Source: Nitrospirota bacterium
GTDB taxonomy: Bacteria; Nitrospirota; UBA9217
Direction: 5' to 3'
DNA: 64,000 bases
Assembly: GCA_963751455.1 (NCBI GenBank)
Contig: CAVVUN010000003.1
Span: forward strand, 32,001-96,000
The notes under the pieces were generated by a model. It did no database searches. It was not told where the DNA came from and saw only the letters and a list, made by a program, of their open reading frames with translations. Shown one piece after another: positions 39,350-49,105 of the stretch. The first letter of the stretch is position 1; the number at the start of each line of letters is the position of its first letter. A program made the position numbers and the translations under genes.

Positions 39350-40038
39350 AAGTACCTGCCTCCTCTGTATGACACACCGATCTCATCGGGTGTCCCGAGC
39401 CTGCCGAGCGGAACAGCATTGGAAATCATCTTCAAGCGCTGCTTGCCCGCTTCTGTGGAAGCCATCAGATTATTCAATCCGGGCGTGTCGATGGGCCCTG
39501 GGCTCACTGCGTTAACGCGAATGCGTCGATCCTTTAAGTCCGTTGCCCATGTGCGGGCGAATGAACGCACCGCGGCTTTTGTGGCGCTATAAACACTCTG
39601 CGCCGGCAGCCCTTTACTGCCGACGATCGACGCATTCAGGATGACGGAAGCGCCATCCAGCAGCAGCGGCAGAGCCTTCTGCACGGTAAACAGTACGCCC
39701 TTCACGTTCGTGGCAAAGGTTTTATCGACATGCGCTTCGGTAATTTGCCCCAGCACCGCAAATTCACCGGTTCCGGCATTCGCGAACACAACATCGAGCT
39801 TGTCCTTTTCCCGCTTGATTTGTGCGAAAAGGCGATCGAGATCGCCAAGGTTCGACACGTCTCCCTGTACGCCGGTCACACTTCTTCCGAGCTCCTTTGC
39901 CGCCGCAGCCAGCTCCGATTCTCGACGCCCCGTGATGAAGACATACGCGCCTTCGTTCACAAATAGTTTCGCAGTCGCAAGACCGATGCCGCTGGTGCCG
40001 CCGGTAATAAGTGCAATCTTTCCCTGAAGCTTGTCCAT
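39223..40038 (-). pseudogene. SDR oxidoreductase truncated at the C-terminus
   Basis: TGGTSGIG, YSATK; homology stops after [11 protein letters not shown] (~39380), lacking FLAS...DGG. Confidence 0.75.
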
Positions 40039-40133
40039 ATACTTCTCCTTCGTCCTCGTTAAAGTGCTCCGATCTTTCGGCCTGACGCCGCACGTCGTCT
40101 GGAACCCGCCGTCGATCCTGAGACATTTTGCCA

Positions 40134-41168
40134 CTAAGCAGCAATCTTGTCTCGCAGGCCTCCGTAGGTCAATGCACGGGGAAACTCCTTTGCATACAAG
40201 TCGTAGGGGAACCCCAGTTCCACGCGGCTGGCCTCGTCAAACGTCTTTAACTGTTCCTCTGAAAGCGCCACGTCAAGGCTCGCGATGTTGTCCTGCAACT
40301 GAGAAAGCTTTCGCGCGCCGATGATGGGGATGACCGGCACGGGGCGGTAGCGAAGCCACGCCAGCGATACCTGTGCCATGCTGCGACCGGTCTCATCGGA
40401 TACCATCTTGACGGCCGAGACGATACGGTCGGCTCGTTGTTTTTCCGGCACGAATTCCTTCATCATGTCGGTGCTCAGACGGCCCGGCTCGGACGTCCCG
40501 CGGCCGTGGTACTTTCCGGTCAAGACGCCGCTGGCCAGCGGCGACCAGGCGGTCACGCCGAGGTTCAGCGCCTTGGCCATCGGGATCAGCTCCCGCTCGA
40601 CGGTCCGCTCGATCAGGCTGTATTCGATCTGCAGCCCGATGAAGGGCGACCACCCCTGCAGTCGGGCAAGCATGTTCGCCTGCGCGATCCACCAGGCCGG
40701 GGCATCGGAGACGCCGGCGTAGAGCACCTTGCCCTGGCGAACCAGGTCATCCAGTCCTCGCATCACCTCTTCGACCGGCGTCATCTGGTCCCAGATGTGC
40801 ATCCAGTAGAGATCGATATAGTCGGTCTTAAGTCGTTTGAGGCTTCCTTCCACTGCCTGCATCATACTCTTGCGGTGGTTGCCGGCCGCGTTCGGATCTG
40901 TGCCCGGAACGGCATTGGTGTATTTCGTGGCTATCACCACGCTTTGGCGGTGGCCCTGCATAAACTCGCCGAGGAAGGATTCGCTCGTCCCGTTGGTGTA
41001 TACGTTGGCGGTGTCGATGAAATTGCCGCCGGCGTCGCGGAAAGCATCGTATACCTTTCGCGCCTCGTCCTTTGCGGCGCCCCAGCCCCACTCATCGCCG
41101 AAGGTCATCGTGCCGAGCGCCGCCTCTGAAACTTTAAGTCCGCTGTTGCCCAGAAGTCGGTATCGCAT
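40134..41168 (-). CDS. Aldo/keto reductase
   Basis: LGTMTFG, FIDTANVY, DYIDLYWMH, WSPLASG. Confidence 0.94.
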   Translation of the reverse strand: MRYRLLGNSGLKVSEAALGTMTFGDEWGWGAAKDEARKVYDAFRDAGGNFIDTANVYTNGTSESFLGEFMQGHRQSVVIATKYTNAVPGTDPNAAGNHRKSMMQAVEGSLKRLKTDYIDLYWMHIWDQMTPVEEVMRGLDDLVRQGKVLYAGVSDAPAWWIAQANMLARLQGWSPFIGLQIEYSLIERTVERELIPMAKALNLGVTAWSPLASGVLTGKYHGRGTSEPGRLSTDMMKEFVPEKQRADRIVSAVKMVSDETGRSMAQVSLAWLRYRPVPVIPIIGARKLSQLQDNIASLDVALSEEQLKTFDEASRVELGFPYDLYAKEFPRALTYGGLRDKIAA

Positions 41169-41253
41169 ATAATCTCCTTATCATGAGAGTCTCTCTGCAA
41201 GTTTACATCAGTTAACGAGGCGAGCCTCAGACCAATAAAACTACAACTGTTTG

Positions 41254-41400
41254 GAACCGCGAAGGCGCGAAGCCCTGCTGCCGAATTGAGGCAGCGTTCA
41301 GGGTTCTCGCACCCGGTGGTACGACAGTGCCGAGTGAGCGCAAGGAAGTCAAAAGATTTAAGCTTTGGGTTTTTCTTCGCGTCCTTCGCGCTTTCGCGGT
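41254..41400. repeat. Paired nonamer-type inverted arrays with internal hairpin
   Basis: aaccgcgaaggcgcgaag...gcgcaagga ... cttcgcgtccttcgcgctttcgcggt; similar arrays at 20496-20578. Confidence 0.65.
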
Positions 41401-41483
41401 AAATGGTTTTGCCGTAATTGAAAGCAAAAATGGCTGCCTGAAAACTTGAGCAAAATATTAAGAGCTGGCGAAGTAAAGTACCT

Positions 41484-42515
41484 TTAATGCATCAGCACCG
41501 CGCGGAAGCGAACCTTGTTGGACATCATCCGGTCGAAAGCTTCCGAGACCTTTTCGAGCGGGAAGGTCTCGATCATCGGACGCACGCCGGTCACAGCACA
41601 GAAGTTAAGCGCATCTTCGGAATCCGCCGGATTGCCTGACGGCCAGCCCTGCAGCCGCCGCGTCTGGGTTATGAGCTGAAACGAACTTACCTCGATGGGG
41701 TCCGGAGAAGCGCCCACGGTAATCATCACGCCCCGGAGCCCCAGCCCACCGAAGAGCGGCGTCATGGATTTGCCGCTCGGTGCCGTGGCCAGGATCACCC
41801 GGGCGCCGCCAAGGGATTTCAGTTGACCGGCTGGGTCTCCCTGGTCTGCATCGATATAGACATGCGCTCCCAATTTCCGGGCCAGCGCTTCTTTATCTTT
41901 GCCTCTTGATATGGCGGCGACTTTAAAACCCATCTTGCTGGCAAACTGGATGCCGAGGTGGCCCAGACCTCCGATGCCCTGAATGGCGACGAGAGCCGGC
42001 GGCTGGGCGCCGGAGTTGCGCAGGGCGTTGAACGTCGTGATGCCGGCGCAAAGAATCGGCGCAGCTTCTTCAAACGAAAGAGCGTCCGGCAGGGGAGCCA
42101 GGTTCCTGGAAGGAGCGATGACATAATCAGCATAACCGCCGTCGAAATGGATGCCGGGAATCTGCAAGGTAACGCAATTTACGAAGTCGCCGCGCCGGCA
42201 GGACTGGCATTCCCCGCAGTAGCGGCCGTTCCAGCCCAGGCCTACGCGCTGGCCCTTTTTCCAGACGGTCACTTCCTCACCCACGGCATCTACGATGCCT
42301 GCAATCTCGTGGCCTGGCGAACGAGGGTATACAATGCCGGGCCAAAGATTCTCTTTGGTCACGAGGTCGCTGTGGCAGATTCCGCAGGCTTTCACCTGGA
42401 TGCGCACCTCGCCCCGTCCGGGCGCGGGGATTTCCTTTTGGACGATCTCAAAAGAGCCGCCTTTTCGACTTACCTGCGCAGCTTTCATCGTCTCCACAAA
42501 TACTTGAGCAGGCAT
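41484..42515 (-). CDS. Zinc-dependent alcohol dehydrogenase
   Basis: CGICHSD, GHE, CGECQSCRRG...C, GIGGLGH. Confidence 0.93.
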   Translation of the reverse strand: MPAQVFVETMKAAQVSRKGGSFEIVQKEIPAPGRGEVRIQVKACGICHSDLVTKENLWPGIVYPRSPGHEIAGIVDAVGEEVTVWKKGQRVGLGWNGRYCGECQSCRRGDFVNCVTLQIPGIHFDGGYADYVIAPSRNLAPLPDALSFEEAAPILCAGITTFNALRNSGAQPPALVAIQGIGGLGHLGIQFASKMGFKVAAISRGKDKEALARKLGAHVYIDADQGDPAGQLKSLGGARVILATAPSGKSMTPLFGGLGLRGVMITVGASPDPIEVSSFQLITQTRRLQGWPSGNPADSEDALNFCAVTGVRPMIETFPLEKVSEAFDRMMSNKVRFRAVLMH

Positions 42516-42924
42516 AGCGATCACCTCCTGATTTGAGTTGTACATTTACTGCTGACTCCCGGATCCGGGCGCCTGTGATGAAGGCCCATGCGGCCATTCT
42601 CACCGTCGCCAGGCAGCAACGGCGCTGCAGGCAGGCGGATCAAAATCTGGCGGCGGGATATGTCTGAAACATATCGCAACATGAATGAATGTCAATTCGA
42701 CTACCGTATGTGCCCCACAATTCAGCACGATTTGAATACTAATACCTCATCCTCATTCCAATATTGAATAAGGTGCTACAAAAGAGAGCTGTGCGCATAA
42801 AGAGGACCGCACTCTGCGGGGGAGGGACCTGACGAGATATAGCCACGCAGGAATCGAGAGGTGATATAATTTGTTATTCTTCGATTAAAGATCGCGAGTG
42901 CTTTTTTTGCCGGGTAGCAGGAGC

Positions 42925-43879
42925 ATGGTTATGAAATTCGCAGCAGTAATTATCGGCATCGTCCTCATTCTTGTTGTCCTTTGGGATGCCTTCGAGACGG
43001 TCGTTTTCCCGCGCCGTGTGACACGGAGGCTCAGGCTCGTACGGCTTTTCTACAGGACCACCTGGCGATTCTGGACCGCAGCGGCCCGTGCTGTGCCATC
43101 ACAGAGAAAACAGGAAAACTACTTGAGTTATTTTGGTCCGCTTTCCCTGTCGCTTTTACTGGGATTTTGGGCGGCTGTCCAGATCACCGGCTTTGCACTT
43201 CTCTATTGGGCTCCGGGCAATGCCATACATACTCCCGAAGGGAACGCTGGTTTCGGGGCTTGCCTGTATTTCAGCGGCACGACCTTCTTCACCCTCGGCC
43301 TGGGAGACATCTCCCCGAACACGATGATCGCGCGTCTGCTCGTCGTACTCGAAGCCGGGATGGGGTTCGTCTTCCTGGCGCTCGTCATAAGCTATCTCCC
43401 TGCGCTCAACCAGTCCTTTTCCCGGCGGGAAGTTACCATCTCGCTCCTGGACGCGCGAGCAGGCTCTCCGCCGACGGCGGCAGAGATGCTGCTTCGGCAC
43501 GTTCAGGACAACGCCATCGATTCCCTTGCGCTGCTCCTCCATGACTGGGAACGCTGGTTCGCGGAGCTGCTCGAAAGCACCTTTCCTATCCGGTGCTCGT
43601 CTATTTCCGTTCCCAGCACGACAACCAGTCCTGGCTCGCGGCGCTGAGCGCGGTCCTTGACACCTGCGCGTTCGTCATATCCAGCCTGGAAGGAGAATGC
43701 GTGCGCCAGCCCTACGCCGGATGTACGAACCGTATGTACATGCCTTATCGAATCGCTTGCGGCTGTCTGTGCCGCCCTGGCTTCCTCCGTCAAGCCGGGC
43801 CGACAACTGGCAGGTGAGCGCGTGGGGAAGAAACGCCGGCTTTAAGAAGACCGATGGATCAAAGCGATCCGAAGAGTGA
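42925..43879 (+). pseudogene. Potassium-channel family membrane protein, frameshifted and internally deleted
   Basis: TTFFTLGLGD pore-like motif; frameshift ~43580 (expected ESHLSYPVLVYFRSQH) and a jump to LRRMYEPY. Confidence 0.78.
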
Positions 43880-43994
43880 CATTTCTGAACGAACGGCGGC
43901 CCTCCCCCCGGGTTCTGTACAGACTGGTTGAGAGTCTCGATGACGAGTCCTTCCCCACGTTCGTCAGGCCTGGTTCGCCGCCCTTTTCACCTCC

Positions 43995-44669
43995 CTAGGC
44001 GGCCTTTTGGATGAGCGCGGCCACCGCACTCGGCTGCGACACGTAGATCGAGTGACTGCCCGCGACCTCGACGACAGTCGAACCCGCGCGCTTGGACATG
44101 AAGCGCTGAGCCGCCGGTGGGATCATCTTGTCGTCGGTGGTAACCAGGTACCAGCTCGGCTTGGCCTTCCAGGCCGCCTCGGTGATCGTGCCGGTGAGCG
44201 CATCCACGCCCCATGGGACCTGGGAGTCTGCCATGAACATGGCCCTTTCCTGGTCCACGTCACCCGCAAATGAGGCGGGGAACTTCGCCTTGTCGAGGAA
44301 TAGATATCCGTCCTGCGGGGCCAGTATCGGAGGCACAGGCGCGCCCGGCGGCGGATCCTTGATAAGCGTGGACACCGACTCCCCCTTGTCCGGGGCAAAG
44401 GCGGCGATATAGACAAGGCCCGCTACCTTTGGATCGTTGCCGGCTTCGGTGATCACTGCTCCCCCGTAGGAGTGGCCGACGAGAACGACCGGGCCATCCT
44501 GCAAGGCAAGAATGCGCCTGGTTGCACCGACATCGTCGGCCAGAGATATCGTCGGATTCTGCACGATGCTGACCGTGTAGCCATCCTTCTTCAGGATCTT
44601 ATAGACGCCTTCCCAACCAGAGCCATCCACGAAGCCACCATGGACGAGAACGACGTTCGTTGTTTTCAT
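43995..44669 (-). CDS. Alpha/beta hydrolase
   Basis: VHGG, GHSYGG nucleophile, D...GSH triad residues. Confidence 0.9.
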   Translation of the reverse strand: MKTTNVVLVHGGFVDGSGWEGVYKILKKDGYTVSIVQNPTISLADDVGATRRILALQDGPVVLVGHSYGGAVITEAGNDPKVAGLVYIAAFAPDKGESVSTLIKDPPPGAPVPPILAPQDGYLFLDKAKFPASFAGDVDQERAMFMADSQVPWGVDALTGTITEAAWKAKPSWYLVTTDDKMIPPAAQRFMSKRAGSTVVEVAGSHSIYVSQPSAVAALIQKAA

Positions 44670-44867
44670 TTGAAGTCTCCTTTCTTGTGTACTCTCCACG
44701 TGATATCGAGTCATTTCCTGCCCGCGCGGTAGCACAATTGTCTTCGTTCCTCGCCCTTTCGCATATTTCATTCAAGAACGAGAAGCCTATCTAAACTCCC
44801 TGGTCGACCAATCCTTCTCATCGCGATATGCCGCATAGGTATTTCACAGTTGGTTGTTCTCCATAGT

Positions 44868-45536
44868 TTATTTTCCCTCTTTCAGTCGCTTCCGTCTTGC
44901 CAGTTCTGCCTCGGTCGGTTTTTCAAGAGCAAAAGAGCCCGTTTTGACTTCTCCTGCGCGTACGTATGAGGCAACGATTACCCCGCTTGGTGAAATCTCG
45001 CTTTCAAGCAATTTGAATCCCACGGGGATCGTGCCTTCGCCAAACAGGCGCTTTCCCCTGCCGAGCGTGATGGGGAATATTTTCAGCCAAAGCTCGTCAA
45101 CGAGGTCGTGTTTCAAAAGAGTTTGAATAAGACCACCGCTGCCATGAACTTGTATTTCAGGCCCGTCCTGCTCCTTAAGCTTTTTAACTCCTTTCGCGAC
45201 ATCTCCCTTGATGAGCTCGGAATTGCTCCAGTCAAACTTTGTCAGCGTCTTTGAAGCTACATATTTTTTCGCCTTATTGATTCCGGCTGCAATGGGATCC
45301 TTGTCAATATTCACATACGGCCAGTGCGCCGCGAATATCTCATACGTCCTTCTGCCGAGCAATAAATCAAAGGGTTTATTCATTTGCTCGTCCATCACTC
45401 TGCCGAGGAAGTCATCAAAGTAGGGAGCGACCCAGCCGCCGTGCTTGAACTCGCCGGTGGGATCCTCGTCTGGTCCGCCCGGGGCCTGGATCACCCCGTC
45501 AAGGCTTATGAACGTCAGAACAACAAGTTTTCTTAT
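44868..45536 (-). CDS. Dihydrofolate reductase-like protein, apparent ATA at the start position
   Basis: GAGGAGG RBS then ATA-AGA-AAA-CTT (xRKLVVLTFISLDGVIQAPGG); paralogue of 25975. Confidence 0.8.
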   Translation of the reverse strand: MRKLVVLTFISLDGVIQAPGGPDEDPTGEFKHGGWVAPYFDDFLGRVMDEQMNKPFDLLLGRRTYEIFAAHWPYVNIDKDPIAAGINKAKKYVASKTLTKFDWSNSELIKGDVAKGVKKLKEQDGPEIQVHGSGGLIQTLLKHDLVDELWLKIFPITLGRGKRLFGEGTIPVGFKLLESEISPSGVIVASYVRAGEVKTGSFALEKPTEAELARRKRLKEGK

Positions 45537-45976
45537 TTATTCCTCCTCGTAAGCCCGTTTGAGGGCCGCAATGTCGAATTTCTTCATCGGGAGAAACGTT
45601 TTGATCACGCGCGCGATCTGCCCGGGGGGCACCCTTCGTCATCATTTCCTCCATTACGGTCGGACTGACTTGCCACGAAAGACCGTACGAGAGTTTCTCC
45701 CAGAGCACATCAAGATTTTTTCCCGCGTTCCTATCCCTCGACGGATCGAAATTCACAATAAACGATATGGACGGATTTAAGCGGCCCCGCGTTGATGGCC
45801 ATAAAAGGGTGGCTGTTCAATTCGAAAGAAACAATGTCGGGGTCTCCCGTCGGAGTTGGAACCTCATGGAGCGTCGTTATGTTCGTGATCCTGGAATTCG
45901 GGAAAATGGAAGTATAAAACCCGGCCGCTTCTGCAGCTTCCTTGTCGAACCATAAATGTGGGGTAATTTTTTGCAT
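45499..45976 (-). pseudogene. VOC/PhnB-like gene, fragmented
   Basis: [11 protein letters not shown]...MAINAGP in one frame and LWEKLS-YGLSWQV in another, with deletions. Confidence 0.75.
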
Positions 45977-46025
45977 ATATAGCCCTCCTTTCCATATTAT
46001 ATACAAAAAAAACATCGCGCTTTCA

Positions 46026-46165
46026 GCTCACAACCCCGGTTTCACGACCATAGCGAACATTGCGGCTGCAAGTACGAGGACGCTGTTCAGGCTGAGCCTG
46101 CGGACAGGTCTTTTGTATGGACCAAAGAGCATGCGTCGGAGCCGGGAATACTTGCGCACTCTTCC
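46026..46165 (+). pseudogene. Fragment paralogous to the metallophosphoesterase at 18311-18438
   Basis: agcgaacattgcggctgcaagtacgaggac...ggtcttttg.atggaccaa.gagcatg shared. Confidence 0.85.
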
Positions 46166-46472
46166 GCAGACACTGTCTCTTTTAAAACAACTCATTCTTG
46201 TTGCCATTCGCCATTTTGAGTCTTATTATGATAGGGAGAATAGTAATTAGTTTACGAATAAATTGTGCAACTTTTGATTTATCCTTGTGGATGGCTGCTT
46301 TTTTACAAACGAGCATAACATAAGCTGCGTTGACATCATTCCGCGAGTCCCCGTACTTTGATACTGGGGAATCCGGGACTTTTCAGCAAAACGCCTGGAG
46401 TCCCGCTTTCCGGAAATGATGAACGAAGTGGCGTTACTACCATGTCTTACAGACATAAAAAGAAGTAACTCG

Positions 46473-48974
46473 ATGTCCAAAGGAAAATTTTATATATTGG
46501 CCGCTCTCTGTGCAGTAACTTTCATCTTCACTTCATTCGTCCTGCCCTCGCCTTCATTCGCCGCGTCAGCCGAAGTCAAGATCGGCGTTCTAGCATACCG
46601 CGGCAGGCAGGCTGCGAATGCAAAATGGTCAGAGACGGCTTCCTTCTTGACGCAAAAGATTCCCCGGCATGTGTTTAAGATCGTACCCCTGGACTTCGAT
46701 GAAATCGGTCCCGCAATCAGCAGGGGCGAAGTTGACTTCGTCATTACAAACCCGGAGATTTATGTGGAACTTGAAGCCCGCTACGGCGTGACGAGAATAG
46801 CAACTCTGAAGAACAAAACCAAAAACGGACCTTTCAAGATCTTCGGCGGCGTGATCTTTACGGGCGCGGACCGGACCGACATAAGTGATTTGAACGACCT
46901 GAAGGGAAAAAAATTCATAGCTGTTGACGAAACCTCGCTGGGCGGGTGGACTATGGCATGGCGCGAACTCGAGGCGAACGGCATCAAGCCGCACAGGGAC
47001 TTCGCAAAACTCTCCTTCGGGCAGACCCACGATGCCGTGGTCTATGCGGTTGGAAACGGAAGCGCTGATGCGGGCACCGTGCGCTCGGACACGCTTGAGC
47101 GGATGCAGGACGAGGGAAAGATCGACATGCGTCGTTTTCGCATCCTGAACGAGAAGAAGGTAAAAAATTTTCCGTTTGCTTTAAGCACGAGGCTTTATCC
47201 TGAGTGGCCGTTCTCCAAAGTCCGGCATGCCTCGGACGAACTTGCGCAAAGCGTGCTGATTGCGCTGATAAGCATGCATAAAGATGATCGCGCGGCGATA
47301 TCAGCCAGCATCGAAGGGTGGACCATTCCTCTGGACTACCAGCCCGTGCATGAGCTTATGAAAGAGCTTCGTCTCGGACCATACGAGGATTACGGAAAAG
47401 TGAGCCTCTCATCGGCGATCCTGCAGCATTGGCGCTGGTTTTTTCTGGTCCAGTTTGTCCTCCTGATCATGACGCTTGTCACGCTCTATGTTGTCCGGCT
47501 GAACCGAACACTGCGGAGTCAAAGAACCGAGTTGATAGCCGCAAAGGAAGCAGCCGATGCCGCGAACCGGGCCAAGAGCGTTTTTCTGGCCAATATGAGC
47601 CATGAGCTCAGGACTCCGCTCAATGCCGTGCTCGGGTTCTCACGGGTGATGAAGAGCGCTCCCGACACGACCGAGAGGCAGTGGGAGCATTTAAGCATCA
47701 TCACCCGGAGCGGCGAACATCTGCTGAATTTGATCAACAATATCCTCGATATGTCCAAGATCGAGGCCGGCCGGGCGGAACTGGAGCAGGAGGACGTCGA
47801 TCTGCATCAGATGATGCACGAGATGCAATCGCTGATGTACGTGCGGGCAAATGAGAAAGGACTGGATTTTATCGTGGAGCAATCCCCGGAGCTCCCGCGC
47901 TATATCACGACTGATCAGGGCAAGCTGCGCCAGGTGCTGATCAACCTGATCGGCAACGCCATCAAGTACACCCAAAAGGGCGTGGTGCTGCTGCGGGCCG
48001 CTGCCATAGACCGGGAAGCGCCCGGACGTGCACGGGTGCGATTCGAGATAGAGGATTCGGGCCCCGGCGTTCCGCCGGAAGACAGGGAGCGCATATTCCT
48101 CCCCTTTGTTCAGCTGGAGGGCAGGCCGCCCGGAGAGGCAGGCTCCGGATTGGGGCTGGCCATAAGCAAGCAGTATGTCGAACTGATGGGAGGAACGATC
48201 GGCGTTGAAAGCGAGCCGGGCAGCGGGTCGCGGTTCCGGTTCGAGGTGCCGGTGGACATTCCCGCGATGCGGGAAGTTCCCACTGTCCCGCAGCAAGGCC
48301 GCGTGAGCGGCCTGGCAGGAGAACACCCGCGCTACCGTATCCTTATCGTGGAAGACCAGGCGGAGAATCGGCTGCTGCTGCACAAGCTGCTGGAGCCGCT
48401 CGGCCTCGAACTGCGCGAAGCGGTGAACGGACAGGAGGCCGTTGCGCTTGCAGAAAAGTGGCATCCGCACCTGATCTGGATGGACATCCGCATGCCGGTA
48501 ATGGACGGGCTCGAGGCCACCCGGCGGATCAAGGCTGCCCGGAACAGCCCTGTCCCGAAAATCATCGCGGTCACCGCCCATGCCCTTGAACAGGAACGGC
48601 GCGAGATACTTGCTGCGGGATGCGACGATTTCATTCGAAAGCCCTACCGCGAAATAGAAATCTTCGACGCCATGGCGAGACATATCGGCCTGAAATACAG
48701 GCATGCAGGCGAACGGATTGATGAACGCGTCGGGGCAGCTCTCGCGCTGCAGCCCGGAGAGCTGTCCGTATTGTCAGCCGACCTGCGAAAGGAACTCTAT
48801 CAGGCCGTGGTCGAGTTGGACACCGACCGGACTCTTGCATTGATCGAAAAGGTCCGGAAAGACAATCCCGCGCTGGCCGCTTCCCTGGAGGCGCTTGCGA
48901 AGAGGCTTGATTACGACAGGTTGCTGAGGCTGCTGGAAAGCCCGGATGCGAAGCCTGCGGGAGAAGCGGCATGA
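46473..48974 (+). CDS. Hybrid sensor kinase with periplasmic PhnD/phosphonate-binding-like domain (TtrS-like), HisKA, HATPase, REC
   Basis: [37 protein letters not shown]. Confidence 0.9.
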   Translation: MSKGKFYILAALCAVTFIFTSFVLPSPSFAASAEVKIGVLAYRGRQAANAKWSETASFLTQKIPRHVFKIVPLDFDEIGPAISRGEVDFVITNPEIYVELEARYGVTRIATLKNKTKNGPFKIFGGVIFTGADRTDISDLNDLKGKKFIAVDETSLGGWTMAWRELEANGIKPHRDFAKLSFGQTHDAVVYAVGNGSADAGTVRSDTLERMQDEGKIDMRRFRILNEKKVKNFPFALSTRLYPEWPFSKVRHASDELAQSVLIALISMHKDDRAAISASIEGWTIPLDYQPVHELMKELRLGPYEDYGKVSLSSAILQHWRWFFLVQFVLLIMTLVTLYVVRLNRTLRSQRTELIAAKEAADAANRAKSVFLANMSHELRTPLNAVLGFSRVMKSAPDTTERQWEHLSIITRSGEHLLNLINNILDMSKIEAGRAELEQEDVDLHQMMHEMQSLMYVRANEKGLDFIVEQSPELPRYITTDQGKLRQVLINLIGNAIKYTQKGVVLLRAAAIDREAPGRARVRFEIEDSGPGVPPEDRERIFLPFVQLEGRPPGEAGSGLGLAISKQYVELMGGTIGVESEPGSGSRFRFEVPVDIPAMREVPTVPQQGRVSGLAGEHPRYRILIVEDQAENRLLLHKLLEPLGLELREAVNGQEAVALAEKWHPHLIWMDIRMPVMDGLEATRRIKAARNSPVPKIIAVTAHALEQERREILAAGCDDFIRKPYREIEIFDAMARHIGLKYRHAGERIDERVGAALALQPGELSVLSADLRKELYQAVVELDTDRTLALIEKVRKDNPALAASLEALAKRLDYDRLLRLLESPDAKPAGEAA

Positions 48975-49105
48975 TCCTTGGAAGGCAATAACGAGCTATA
49001 TGCTCAGAGATGAATACCAGTATCTTGATAAAAGCATTTATCCGCAGACTTCGCAGATGTATGCAGATATAAAGAATGCCTGCGTCTTTGGAGCCAGGTG
49101 ATTCG

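Noticed and set aside
7100-43600. Programmed frameshifting at ~7144, ~37620 and ~43580
   Set aside because: No slippery heptamers evident; sequencing indels or decay are more parsimonious
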